From sequence record NC_028448.1: DNA of 64,000 nt; one strand, given 5' to 3'. The number at the start of each line of letters is the position of its first letter. The stretch's first letter is position 1. Made by a program: the position numbers and the translations under genes. The notes below the pieces were generated by a model, which was given only the letters and a program-made list of their open reading frames with translations, made no database searches and was not told the origin of the DNA. The stretch is from Escherichia phage slur14. Below, piece after piece: positions 9,922-19,209 of this stretch.

Positions 9922-10107
9922 CAACTTTTTTAAAAATATTCGTAATAAATGTGAATACCAACTACTACCGCTGAAACCTGTGCAACCCACCACGCACAAG
10001 CAATAAGTACAGAATTCAAAATTTTCATAATAACCTCATCACAAAAGTAAATGTTAAACAAATTAATGGAATACTAATTAACCAAACAAAACACCACCAT
10101 AATGAAC

Positions 10108-10371
10108 TCATAGTTCAATCTCAATGATTTCCAGGTGTTTTTGTTTTATTGCCTTTTTAACACAATCATGGACTAAATATGACCATGAATCATTATATTC
10201 TCCATTAACTAATCGTTGGAGATCTTCACGTGATGATAAGTAAGGTTGATCTGATTCCCATTTTGATAAAAATACTGCAGTAAAAATATCTCCTTCACCT
10301 GTAGTTGAAGTCGTAAATGCAATAAATTCACCGGTAATTTTATGTTTAGCGTAATAAAATTTAAATTTCAT
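10108..10371 (-). CDS. Hypothetical protein (87 aa)
   Basis: ORF downstream of an early promoter. Confidence 0.5.
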   Translation of the reverse strand: MKFKFYYAKHKITGEFIAFTTSTTGEGDIFTAVFLSKWESDQPYLSSREDLQRLVNGEYNDSWSYLVHDCVKKAIKQKHLEIIEIEL

Positions 10372-10398
10372 TTTTACTCCTCCGTAGCTGATAGTTGT

Positions 10399-10427
10399 AT
10401 AGTACCACGGTCCTTGTGGTATGTAAA
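10399..10427 (-). promoter_or_regulatory. Early promoter
   Basis: TTTACA-N17-TACTAT followed by CGGAGG. Confidence 0.65.
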
Positions 10428-10447
10428 CTGTTTTGTGAAAAAATTTT

Positions 10448-11005
10448 TTAAATGGAAAGATACCATCCGTTGTAGTTGCTTTTTCTTACAACCTTACGAA
10501 GGTCTTCTCTGTCACCGATGAACTTCGGAGTGTACTGGATGACACCTGAATGAATTTCTTTAGTGTTGAATATAATTATACAGTCAGCGACTTGATGATT
10601 TAGAATGGGCCCTAGATTTATTCCAGAACCGTATGGATACTCTCCGCTGCATCCTGTTGTTACAGAAATCCAACGTGAGTCAGTTTGGTGTGTCTTAACT
10701 TCTACACGAAGCCCGCAGTATCTTGGATGCGCCAATACATCCCATGCGTATGTATACGGGTCATTAACATCCTCTTGGCCTTTATTGACATATCCGCTTA
10801 GCCAATCTGCTACAAAAAACTCTGCGTACACAGCGATACGGCATCTTTCGATAACTTCTGCCTTATCCTGATTCGGATTTTGTTTTAAAGAGTATCTTGC
10901 TGTATCAGCAATTTTGACCTTCATTTCACTAGTCAAGTCACTGTTCGATAGGGTAAATGTCGGAATCTGAAATAGTCTCTGTAAACCCGGATTCGTTTTC
11001 TGCAT
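10448..11005 (-). CDS. denB: Endonuclease IV DenB
   Basis: 185 aa, the T4 denB length and position (between the ndd.x genes and rIIB); AAGGAAAG RBS. Confidence 0.75.
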   Translation of the reverse strand: MQKTNPGLQRLFQIPTFTLSNSDLTSEMKVKIADTARYSLKQNPNQDKAEVIERCRIAVYAEFFVADWLSGYVNKGQEDVNDPYTYAWDVLAHPRYCGLRVEVKTHQTDSRWISVTTGCSGEYPYGSGINLGPILNHQVADCIIIFNTKEIHSGVIQYTPKFIGDREDLRKVVRKSNYNGWYLSI

Positions 11006-11267
11006 TTAGACTTTCCTTTTTACCACTGAGATAGGCGTTATATACTTTAAGAGTGCCATAATAAATTCGGTCATTTTCATCTAAAGACTCGCGGTCAAGT
11101 TCATCGAGCTCCTTTTTATCCATGACTATAACATTATTACAGTAAAGAAACCCAAGTTTTTCGTGACCAAACTCAAATTTATTACAGTACACAATATTAG
11201 CGTGATGATTTCCGTGCAGTTTAATCTCTTTTATGTCGGAATCACCGATATTCATACAATAAATCAT
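10938..11267 (-). CDS. Hypothetical protein (109 aa) whose 3' end overlaps the denB start
   Basis: ORF with a His/Cys-containing N-terminal region; overlaps denB by about 68 nt in a different frame. Confidence 0.4.
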   Translation of the reverse strand: MIYCMNIGDSDIKEIKLHGNHHANIVYCNKFEFGHEKLGFLYCNNVIVMDKKELDELDRESLDENDRIYYGTLKVYNAYLSGKKESLNAENESGFTETISDSDIYPIEQ

Positions 11268-11279
11268 AATTTTTCCTTA

Positions 11280-11299
11280 AAACAAAAGGGCCGAAGCCC
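11280..11299 (-). terminator. Hairpin GGGC-UUCG-GCCC with U-tract
   Basis: UUCG-tetraloop stem-loop after the stop of the 11305..11499 ORF. Confidence 0.55.
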
Positions 11300-11304
11300 T
11301 TATT

Positions 11305-11499
11305 TTATTTGAATTGTGCAATTCTTTTCTCTAGACATTCAGCATAAGATTTCATTGAGATGAACTGTGAAAGTAGCAGTTCTTGCTCAACTGCACTAAC
11401 TGTTAGAAACTTTGCGCTTTCTAAAAATTTGCTCAGTGCATTAATTTTGAGCATTAATTGATCGTATTCTTCTTTTACTCGTGCTTGATAACCTAACAT
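11305..11499 (-). CDS. Hypothetical protein (64 aa)
   Basis: ORF with an AAGGAAA RBS, immediately downstream of rIIB. Confidence 0.5.
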   Translation of the reverse strand: MLGYQARVKEEYDQLMLKINALSKFLESAKFLTVSAVEQELLLSQFISMKSYAECLEKRIAQFK

Positions 11500-11515
11500 A
11501 ATTTTCCTTAGTTAA

Positions 11516-11527
11516 GGGCCGAAGCCC
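11516..11527 (-). other. UUCG-tetraloop hairpin in the rIIB to next-gene intergenic region
   Basis: GGGCCGAAGCCC directly upstream of the next RBS; no strong U-tract. Confidence 0.5.
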
Positions 11528-12466
11528 TTATTTAAATTGTTCAGTAACGTCTTCAACTACTTCGTATTGGCAGGTACGCATTTTAGCGTCGTTGTAATCA
11601 ATCGGAATTGATACTACATCGCGAGGATGTACTTTAACTTTTACGACTCGGCTGGTTGAACTGCCAAAGTGACGAATATAAGATTTAGAACACACATGCA
11701 GACCACGAGAACAAGTTTGTGTATCATCGTCATTCACACGAGTACGTGGCATTTTAACTACTTTACCAGGACTGTTATCAAAGGTATTTGAGTGACAGTC
11801 AAAGTAATTACTACGAACTACTTTCCAAGCATAGAAGTAACCATCTTCTGTAATTTCAATATCATTTGCTACCAAGAAATCAAAGAGTCGAGATACCGCT
11901 TTTTGGCTTGGGTTTTCCAACAGATTTTCCAAGAACGGAAAATAAAATTCAAAGTTTTCACCTTTTTCCATCGAGTCAAGAATACGATCAACCAAACCAG
12001 ACCGTAATTCGATATTTTGATAGAACAAGCTTCCGCCTTCAATTCGAACATCGCCGGAAATATATTTTTCAACAGCGCGACGAACATTAATTTTTTGTGC
12101 CGCTTCTTCCAACTTATCTGCTACAAGCAGATTAAGAATTTCCTGGAAGTTTGAATGAGTATTAGGAGTTGCGTTATAAGTTACACCGTCAACGGTAATT
12201 GAAATGAATTTTTTAGATGCATTCCAAATAATGTCAGATTTAGCAACTGGAGCAATAGCTGCATCGCTATTAACTTTAACTGTAATATCACCGCTAATAG
12301 TAACTTTAGAGCGTTTAGCTTCTTCAGCATTTTTCAAAACACGACGGATTGTGTCAACCGATACACCTTGCCAATCAGCCAATTCCTGCTGAGTGTAATT
12401 ACCACTTGAATACAGCTTAACAATTTCAGCTTGTTCGTTTTTGGTCAGGCATTTAATATTGTACAT
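11528..12466 (-). CDS. rIIB: rIIB protein
   Basis: 312 aa, the T4 rIIB length, immediately downstream of rIIA. Confidence 0.9.
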   Translation of the reverse strand: MYNIKCLTKNEQAEIVKLYSSGNYTQQELADWQGVSVDTIRRVLKNAEEAKRSKVTISGDITVKVNSDAAIAPVAKSDIIWNASKKFISITVDGVTYNATPNTHSNFQEILNLLVADKLEEAAQKINVRRAVEKYISGDVRIEGGSLFYQNIELRSGLVDRILDSMEKGENFEFYFPFLENLLENPSQKAVSRLFDFLVANDIEITEDGYFYAWKVVRSNYFDCHSNTFDNSPGKVVKMPRTRVNDDDTQTCSRGLHVCSKSYIRHFGSSTSRVVKVKVHPRDVVSIPIDYNDAKMRTCQYEVVEDVTEQFK

Positions 12467-12477
12467 AATTTTCCTTA

Positions 12478-14655
12478 TTAGGCCGCAAGGGCCTTCATAG
12501 TTTTAGCGATTTGGGAAACTTCATCATCACTTAAAGAGTTGCGATAACCAATGAAGTCGGAAACAATACGGAATTTCTTGGTAAACTCAGCAACCATTTT
12601 ATCACTATTTTTTGAAGCATTACGTGATAATTCATCAAAGAGATTAGTTACTGTCCAGATATCATGACCGATGGTATCTTTTCCACCATTGAAATACACA
12701 CCGCGTAATGAACTAACCATATTACCAAGTCGTGTATATTCTTCAGAAACTTCATCTGTACTGAAGTACTTCATCATAAAATCTAGTTCAGGATACTTGA
12801 TAATTTTATCAATATATCGTTGAGCTGAACTTGAATAACCTACATACTTATCATAATCTACATCATCAAAAGCATCTACATATAAATCACGCAAAGCTTC
12901 AAAAATACATTGGCACTGACCGAGTTCTTTTACCTTTTTCTGTAAAAGCGGACGAATAACATAAAATTCATTAATGCCAATAAGATTAGCCATACGAATC
13001 AAAATATTCATAGATGGATGACAAAGAGATGTAGTACCATCCATAGAGAAAATATCAGAACGATGCATATACGCTACATAACCAGTAATTTCATCTGCTT
13101 CTGATGTGAGCGTAAATAATTCCTCTTTTTCCCAGCGCCCATCTTTAATTTCAAATTTAAATGCTGTAGCAGCTTTAGGACGAGGAGCTTTACTTTTAAC
13201 TACCTTTGGAATATAGCTTTTAACTAAAGCTTCGATTTCTGACAAATAATGAATGTTAACTTCATCACTTTCAAACATCGCCATAATATCAGGAAGTAAA
13301 TCAATCTGCGATTCTACTTCTGGATTAATAAACAGAAGACGCTCGTTGTGATGAATATTTAAAGTGTTATTAAATTCACTATCATCTAACGCATGTGCTA
13401 ATCCACGAACAATATTAACACGATTTTTAATATTATCAATAACGATATTAATTTTTGTTGTATTAATACCAAACAGACGATAACTTGATGCAACGGCTGA
13501 AGTTTCATGACTTTGCTTAATGCGTTTCAGTCGAGGGTCAAGATTTACTTCATACACAACTCCTGCATTGCATAACTTACTGTCAGGTTCAAACATACTC
13601 TGCATCTTCTTATATGACAGATTTTTAGTCGTGAATTTGACTGAATTACTAATCATATAATCTCGAGCAGAATACCCCATCTTCATCAATTCACGATATG
13701 TGTGACGAGGAGATGTAGATTCTTTAAATCGTTTTACATCTTCATTAAATGCTTTCTCACTGAGTTCTTTAACTCGTTCAATGATATTTTTACGAGTGCG
13801 ATCATCCAGTGAAAGAGCCTCGCGAGATGGAGCAATATCAAGTGAACCCATTGGAAATTTAATGTAATTCACTTCATTGCGAATGCTTAGCCAGTTACGG
13901 TCTCTAATAACACCATCGATAGGATAAACAATACCGCCATAGATAGCATATAATCCACCACGATCAGGCCAGTATCTTTCTGGATTTACACCGTAATAGT
14001 CATCAAAATCCGGAAAATAATCAATTTCGCGGTCAAGACCATTAATGATAGCCAAATCTTTGAATGGTCGCATGATATAAGAAACTTCATAAGCAAAGTT
14101 TCTAAAGTCTTTTTCTTCAACTGGAACTACGATTTCAATACCAGTTTTATCATTTGGACCCATTTCTTTTACGAATGTAGGTTTAATTTGTGGACCATCG
14201 CCATCCATGTAAGCTACATAACCACGAATTTCGCCTTTATGATATGAAGTAATACTAAATGTATCAGTATAACTAAACGGAGATTTAGAACCTAAACCAA
14301 ATCCGCCAATGAAATCGTTAGATTCAGCCTTAGATGAACTAAAGTATGAATTATACAACCCAGGAGAATTATCATCACCTTGAATATCAAAATCGCTCAT
14401 ACCCGGACCAAAATCTCGACAAACAAATCGTGGATCTAAACGTCCAGGAACTTGTATGATAAATTTTTCAGGATTTCCATTGAGAGCATGGGCATCAATC
14501 ATGTTGGTAATCAATTCACGGACTACTGCGCGAATTTTGTTTGTATACAAATCAGATGACAGAATTTTAAATACTTTAGGAGATGCTGTGATGCTAAATG
14601 CTTTTGATTTAGAACCATTACCAAGAATTGTTTCTTTTTCAGTGGTGATAATCAT
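12478..14655 (-). CDS. rIIA: rIIA protein
   Basis: 725 aa, the T4 rIIA length, with an ATPase-like N-terminus (ELITNMIDA). Confidence 0.95.
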   Translation of the reverse strand: MIITTEKETILGNGSKSKAFSITASPKVFKILSSDLYTNKIRAVVRELITNMIDAHALNGNPEKFIIQVPGRLDPRFVCRDFGPGMSDFDIQGDDNSPGLYNSYFSSSKAESNDFIGGFGLGSKSPFSYTDTFSITSYHKGEIRGYVAYMDGDGPQIKPTFVKEMGPNDKTGIEIVVPVEEKDFRNFAYEVSYIMRPFKDLAIINGLDREIDYFPDFDDYYGVNPERYWPDRGGLYAIYGGIVYPIDGVIRDRNWLSIRNEVNYIKFPMGSLDIAPSREALSLDDRTRKNIIERVKELSEKAFNEDVKRFKESTSPRHTYRELMKMGYSARDYMISNSVKFTTKNLSYKKMQSMFEPDSKLCNAGVVYEVNLDPRLKRIKQSHETSAVASSYRLFGINTTKINIVIDNIKNRVNIVRGLAHALDDSEFNNTLNIHHNERLLFINPEVESQIDLLPDIMAMFESDEVNIHYLSEIEALVKSYIPKVVKSKAPRPKAATAFKFEIKDGRWEKEELFTLTSEADEITGYVAYMHRSDIFSMDGTTSLCHPSMNILIRMANLIGINEFYVIRPLLQKKVKELGQCQCIFEALRDLYVDAFDDVDYDKYVGYSSSAQRYIDKIIKYPELDFMMKYFSTDEVSEEYTRLGNMVSSLRGVYFNGGKDTIGHDIWTVTNLFDELSRNASKNSDKMVAEFTKKFRIVSDFIGYRNSLSDDEVSQIAKTMKALAA

Positions 14656-14665
14656 AATTTCCTCA

Positions 14666-14869
14666 TTAATTCATATTACGCTTAATAACTTCAGCAACTT
14701 CTAGTAGTTCATCTTTAGTTGCAGTGTCGGATTGAATTTTATCTCTAATATCCTTAAAGCGGTTTTTAAATTCTTCGGCTTCTCCCATATCGAAAAAGCG
14801 TTGAATGATTCTATATTCTCGATGAACTGCTTTATCAAAAAGTTCTAAATTTACTTTATATGATTTCAT
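14666..14869 (-). CDS. rIIA.1-like small protein
   Basis: 67-aa ORF with a GAGGA RBS directly upstream of rIIA. Confidence 0.6.
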   Translation of the reverse strand: MKSYKVNLELFDKAVHREYRIIQRFFDMGEAEEFKNRFKDIRDKIQSDTATKDELLEVAEVIKRNMN

Positions 14870-14894
14870 TTCAATATCCTCATTTGCCCAATTA

Positions 14895-14924
14895 ATTATA
14901 CCACATCCTTGTGGTAAAGTAAAC
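14895..14924 (-). promoter_or_regulatory. Early promoter (TTTACT-N17-TATAAT, extended TGTGG)
   Basis: GTTTACTTTACCACAAGGATGTGGTATAAT on the minus strand; the -35 overlaps the gene 39 stop codon. Confidence 0.7.
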
Positions 14925-16744
14925 TACTGACTCATCCATTCTTTGCGAAGGTCAGCATTATCTCCCATGAGCATTTCAAAAAGCTCTTTCCAGTTCTCAG
15001 GAAGTTTAACAACATCATATACTGGATTTTGAATCATTTCACGATATTCAGATTTTTCCAAAGAGCCAAGTCCTTTAATATAACGGATGCTATGTTTAGG
15101 TAGAGCATCTTTGGCACTCTCATATTCAGCGACTGTATAAAACCATTCTTGTTTTTTACCGACCTGAGCGATGATTACAGGAGTTTTGACGAAGCGAATT
15201 CTTCCTTGTTCAAACAGTTCTGGCCAATTACTAAAAAATCCGAGCAGAGAAGGATAAATGCTTCCTAGACCATCGTGGTCAGCATCGGTCATAATAGCAA
15301 TATTATGATAATTCAAGTTTTCAGCCTTTTCACCAAGAACTAATCCAGTGATTGCGCAAATGTCAAACAGTTCTTTGTTTTTAAGCATATCGGCATATGA
15401 CATACCCCAACTGTTGAGAACTTTACCACGCAATGGATAACCACCATGAAGTTCTTTATCACGAACATCAATAAGATATCCGATAGCAGAATCACCCTCA
15501 GTCAAGAACAATGTAGTGTCAGCATCTTTACCGCACAGATTAGCTTTAATATGTTTATGAACCTTTGCCTTAGAAGCCTTTTTAGCTGCTTTAGTTTCTG
15601 CTGCTTTTTCTGCCGCCAATTTACGAGCCAAAGCAGCTTCAATAATCGGCATCAGAATTGCTTCATTATTTAGAATAGCGCGTGAAATCTTTTTAGCGTC
15701 AAGTTGAATATGACTACGAATTTCGCCAAATGGAGAAGTCAAACGCTCTTTAGTTTGAGAATCAAATCGCATGTTTTTCATATCACGAACAAACATAACG
15801 ATTGTCAAACATTCTTTTACACGCGCTTTAGTTACATCAATTTTGAACTTACGTTTGATTTGTGGAATAAGGTCTTCACAAATATCATCCATAACACAGT
15901 CAATGTGATGGCCACCATTCTTAGTGTGAATGTTATTCACGTAAGTTAATTGACGAAATCCATCCGGTGAACGACCAACCGCAATAGAACAATTTTCTTG
16001 TTCTTGAACGATAGCATGCTCATCATATTGGCGTGCATATTTCTTAAAATTGCCCTGAACCTTTTTACCATTAAAGGTAAATTGAATATCAGGATAAACT
16101 ACTGCAAGTGTCTGGAGACGATCTAGTGTAATGTCAAGATAAACTTGGGACAGCTCATTAGTTTCAAATGACATAAAATCAGGAATGAAAGTAACACGAG
16201 TTCCTTTCCATTTTCCAGGAATATCTTCCCATGATTTATTTTCCATGCCGTTTGAACAACGAACTACAATATTATTTTGACCATCACCAGTTTCACCGAC
16301 AAACATCACAGAAAAAATGTTTGTCAAACTAGAACCAACACCATTCATACCGCCAGTGACGCGTTCTTTATCATCGCCAAAGTTACCACCTGCTTTTGGA
16401 ATAGTCCATGCAGCAACAGGACCAGGAATTTCTTCACCGGTAGGTGTTTTAACCATCGCCTGTGGAATACCACGACCGTTATCTTCAACTGTTACTTGAT
16501 TGTTTTTAATAGTAACATTAATTTTATTTGCGAATTTAAACTTAGTACGAATACCTTCATCTACTGAGTTATCGATAATTTCATCAATAAGCTTAACAAG
16601 ACCAGGTACATACTGAACACTTTCCCATTTACCAAACAGAAAGCGCTCATGCATTTCATTAGCAGAAGAGCCAATGTACATGCCGCTACGCTTTTTGATA
16701 TGTTCAATATCGCTCAGAATTTTAATTTCATTCTTAATCATCAC
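14924..16744 (-). CDS. 39: DNA topoisomerase II large subunit gp39 (fused 39/60 form)
   Basis: 606 aa with a GyrB-like ATPase N-terminus and Toprim region; single uninterrupted ORF. Confidence 0.9.
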   Translation of the reverse strand: MMIKNEIKILSDIEHIKKRSGMYIGSSANEMHERFLFGKWESVQYVPGLVKLIDEIIDNSVDEGIRTKFKFANKINVTIKNNQVTVEDNGRGIPQAMVKTPTGEEIPGPVAAWTIPKAGGNFGDDKERVTGGMNGVGSSLTNIFSVMFVGETGDGQNNIVVRCSNGMENKSWEDIPGKWKGTRVTFIPDFMSFETNELSQVYLDITLDRLQTLAVVYPDIQFTFNGKKVQGNFKKYARQYDEHAIVQEQENCSIAVGRSPDGFRQLTYVNNIHTKNGGHHIDCVMDDICEDLIPQIKRKFKIDVTKARVKECLTIVMFVRDMKNMRFDSQTKERLTSPFGEIRSHIQLDAKKISRAILNNEAILMPIIEAALARKLAAEKAAETKAAKKASKAKVHKHIKANLCGKDADTTLFLTEGDSAIGYLIDVRDKELHGGYPLRGKVLNSWGMSYADMLKNKELFDICAITGLVLGEKAENLNYHNIAIMTDADHDGLGSIYPSLLGFFSNWPELFEQGRIRFVKTPVIIAQVGKKQEWFYTVAEYESAKDALPKHSIRYIKGLGSLEKSEYREMIQNPVYDVVKLPENWKELFEMLMGDNADLRKEWMSQ

Positions 16745-16768
16745 TTATCCTCGTTTGGTTTCGGGAAT

Positions 16769-16794
16769 ATTATACTCCGGTAATCATAAAGCTA
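16769..16794 (-). promoter_or_regulatory. Middle promoter (MotA-box-like TAGCTTTA, 12 bp, TATAAT)
   Basis: MotA-box-like element and -10 with 12-bp spacing upstream of the gene 39 start. Confidence 0.55.
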
Positions 16795-16796
16795 AA

Positions 16797-16808
16797 GGCC
16801 CGAAGGCC
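16797..16808 (-). terminator. Hairpin GGCC-CGAA-GGCC
   Basis: Stem-loop between the 16811..17080 ORF and the gene 39 middle promoter. Confidence 0.5.
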
Positions 16809-16810
16809 TT

Positions 16811-17080
16811 TTATTTAAAACGAATAGTTGAATCCTTAAAGAACAGCCCAGAACATACTGTTCCTTCTACTTTCTGCCCAGTAGGTCCAATAGCACGAAA
16901 TCCAGTATGTTGGAAATCATTTTCAGAACAACCAAACCAATTATATCCAGTGATTTCAATATTAGTAAAACCACTTGAAGATAAAACTTTGGTTGCATTA
17001 TCAGCATCAGTACATCCTGCTAAAGACACTGCTAATACTAATGCCGCGATAGAACGATTAATATATTTCATAATTTTCAC
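16811..17080 (-). CDS. Predicted lipoprotein (89 aa)
   Basis: Signal peptide with a LAGC lipobox. Confidence 0.55.
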   Translation of the reverse strand: MKIMKYINRSIAALVLAVSLAGCTDADNATKVLSSSGFTNIEITGYNWFGCSENDFQHTGFRAIGPTGQKVEGTVCSGLFFKDSTIRFK

Positions 17081-17448
17081 TCAAATTTAATGGCTTGAAG
17101 AAGACTAATAATTCTCAAGCGACTTCTTTCATCTTTAACTGTAAAAGAAAGGGGGTCACCAGATTTCATAGTAATGGTACATTCAAAATCAAAATCTTCG
17201 GAAACTTCTTTGAAGAAGTCAAATTCTTCATCATAAATTAGAACATTACTCTGACAACTATGAAGAATTTTTCCATCATTTCCAGATGCTGTACTAATCA
17301 TTGTAACATTATGACCTTTCATATCTTCAACGATAAATTCACTAGTCAATATTACAGCATTAATAGAACTATTCCTATTACTAGCAGAAAGTAGATATTT
17401 CTGTTCTTCACCTTCACGAATGCGATATTTCTTACCAATTTTAAACAT
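17077..17448 (-). CDS. Hypothetical protein (123 aa)
   Basis: ORF with overlapping stop/start. Confidence 0.5.
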   Translation of the reverse strand: MFKIGKKYRIREGEEQKYLLSASNRNSSINAVILTSEFIVEDMKGHNVTMISTASGNDGKILHSCQSNVLIYDEEFDFFKEVSEDFDFECTITMKSGDPLSFTVKDERSRLRIISLLQAIKFE

Positions 17449-17450
17449 AA

Positions 17451-17627
17451 TTACCCTTTAAGTAAGTCGTAAAAACCACCATTCACATGCTTAGGAGCAG
17501 AAGGCCGACGAGTAGACAAACGATGACATTTAGGGCAAACATCATTTTCTCGTTCAGAAATCTTTTTAATTTTTTCATATTCATGCCCGCAATCTTCGGA
17601 TTGGCATTTATAATCATACATTGGCAT
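17451..17627 (-). CDS. Small zinc-ribbon protein (about 58 aa, two CxxC pairs)
   Basis: Hand translation MPMYDYKCQSEDCGHEYEKI...CPKCHRL; below the track size cutoff. Confidence 0.5.
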   Translation of the reverse strand: MPMYDYKCQSEDCGHEYEKIKKISERENDVCPKCHRLSTRRPSAPKHVNGGFYDLLKG

Positions 17628-17629
17628 AA

Positions 17630-18049
17630 TTATTCCTTAAAGTGTGCTTTCAACATCTGATACAAGGACCATGCCTGTTCATTATTTTCAATAGTAACTT
17701 TCATGACTGGGAATTTTGTGAAATCTTCTATTTGTTCTTGCTCTTCCTGCTCTTGTTCTTCAGCTGCCTGATATGGATTTTCCACTTCATCAAAGAACCC
17801 AGCTTCGTTAGTAGAAAGCCAGATAAAGTTTTCGTCAAGGATATCACCATGTGTTGCATATCCAACTGTGCCAGTAGATGTCACAATTTTAGTAGGACGA
17901 CCAAGATGGTCAACATCTAAAATTTTAAAAGGATGCATACCTAAGCGGCGTGCATAGATTCCGTTATCAGTATGGTCTTTAATAAAAGCTTCTTGAGCTT
18001 GTTTATTTTTAAATTGATACCATTTATTAACTTCAAATTTAATAGCCAT
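17630..18049 (-). CDS. Hypothetical protein (139 aa) with an acidic [10 protein letters not shown] tract
   Basis: ORF in the 39-to-motB interval. Confidence 0.55.
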   Translation of the reverse strand: MAIKFEVNKWYQFKNKQAQEAFIKDHTDNGIYARRLGMHPFKILDVDHLGRPTKIVTSTGTVGYATHGDILDENFIWLSTNEAGFFDEVENPYQAAEEQEQEEQEQIEDFTKFPVMKVTIENNEQAWSLYQMLKAHFKE

Positions 18050-18264
18050 TAATAAATTTCCTTCCAGTAAGTTGTACCGTCTTCAGTGATTTCACGGAAT
18101 ACACCATAAATCGGTTGTTTATCACCAACCTTTTCATACACATAAACCGAAGTCAAGTGAGTAAACTTGATGGTGTGTTCCTTTTGAACTACTACCAAAT
18201 TTGGATCGAATAATACATCTTCAAATTCGTCATTAGTGCAGTTCTGAACAATTTTACGTTTCAT
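18049..18264 (-). CDS. Hypothetical protein (71 aa)
   Basis: ORF with ATGA-type overlap. Confidence 0.5.
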   Translation of the reverse strand: MKRKIVQNCTNDEFEDVLFDPNLVVVQKEHTIKFTHLTSVYVYEKVGDKQPIYGVFREITEDGTTYWKEIY

Positions 18265-18277
18265 TACAATTTCCTCA

Positions 18278-18559
18278 TTAATTGAACAGTGGAGCGATGC
18301 GTTTCAGAAGAGTAGCAGCACCTTTGGCGAATTTTACATCATGAAAAACAGTTTCTTCTTCCGTTACAACACGAGCTTTAATGTTTTCACAATCCCAATT
18401 TTTACGAACAATCTTCAAAAGCTGCAGTAAATCTTTACATTCAGCAATATCGATAACACATCCACGAGAATCTTCCATTATCGCACGATAACCATAAGCC
18501 ATACCATAATCGTTGAAAGATTGCTCGATGATAATTAAGTTTTCCATTTTATTCTCCAA
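18278..18559 (-). CDS. Hypothetical protein (93 aa)
   Basis: ORF downstream of an early promoter-like element (18586..18620). Confidence 0.5.
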   Translation of the reverse strand: MENKMENLIIIEQSFNDYGMAYGYRAIMEDSRGCVIDIAECKDLLQLLKIVRKNWDCENIKARVVTEEETVFHDVKFAKGAATLLKRIAPLFN

Positions 18560-18644
18560 GTTGTTTTCTGTATCAGTAGTTGATATTGATATAGTACCAT
18601 AATCAACTACTGATGTATATAGTTTTATGAAAAAATTTTAAACT

Positions 18645-19136
18645 TTATGCATAACGAGCTTTGCTATAGTGTTTAATCCAGCTTTCAGGAATGACTTTGT
18701 ATGTTCCTAAAAATACCGTGTTGTACAACTTAACACCGTCTTCTACCCATTGATCGGTAATGTATGCACACATAGCGCGAGTACGGTTAACAACACCTTC
18801 CTCACCTTCAGTAAATTCAAACTCATAAGGAGCAACGAACTTGATAGCTTGACCGAGTTTCCACTTAAAGTCTACACCTACATGCGAAGTATCAATCGTT
18901 TCAATTCCTTTAGCGGGAACAGCTTTCAAAAACGCAGGCTCAAGAAATTTCCATCGAACATAACCAAACTGAGGTTTAGACATTCCATCTTTAGGAATGA
19001 TACGCACTTTTACTTCAGAATCTTCATCTTTAACACCATGTTTAAGCTGAATGCTTACGACTTCAACCAATTTTCCTGCTGCTTTAGAACGGGATTTATC
19101 AGATACACGAGCAATTTCACCGATATTAATATTCAT
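18645..19136 (-). CDS. motB: MotB-like protein
   Basis: 163 aa, about the T4 MotB length and position (between 39 and dexA). Confidence 0.7.
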   Translation of the reverse strand: MNINIGEIARVSDKSRSKAAGKLVEVVSIQLKHGVKDEDSEVKVRIIPKDGMSKPQFGYVRWKFLEPAFLKAVPAKGIETIDTSHVGVDFKWKLGQAIKFVAPYEFEFTEGEEGVVNRTRAMCAYITDQWVEDGVKLYNTVFLGTYKVIPESWIKHYSKARYA

Positions 19137-19209
19137 AATTATCTCTCACTTGTTAAAAAGATTTTATACTCCGCAGGACCATTATACTCTGGTCCCAAGA
19201 GTTTGTAAA

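Noticed and set aside
9865-9999. N-terminal extensions of track ORFs 9751..9999, 38944..39369 and 63383..63970 containing the peptide LFTRLFLCGTIQLST
   Set aside because: The shared peptide is the translation of the conserved early promoter. Real starts are the internal ATGs downstream of the GGAGG RBS.
12478-12492. GGCCGCAAGGGCC palindrome at the rIIA stop as a terminator
   Set aside because: Lies within the last rIIA codons, has no U-tract, and is immediately followed by the rIIB start; more likely an RNA stability or coupling structure.
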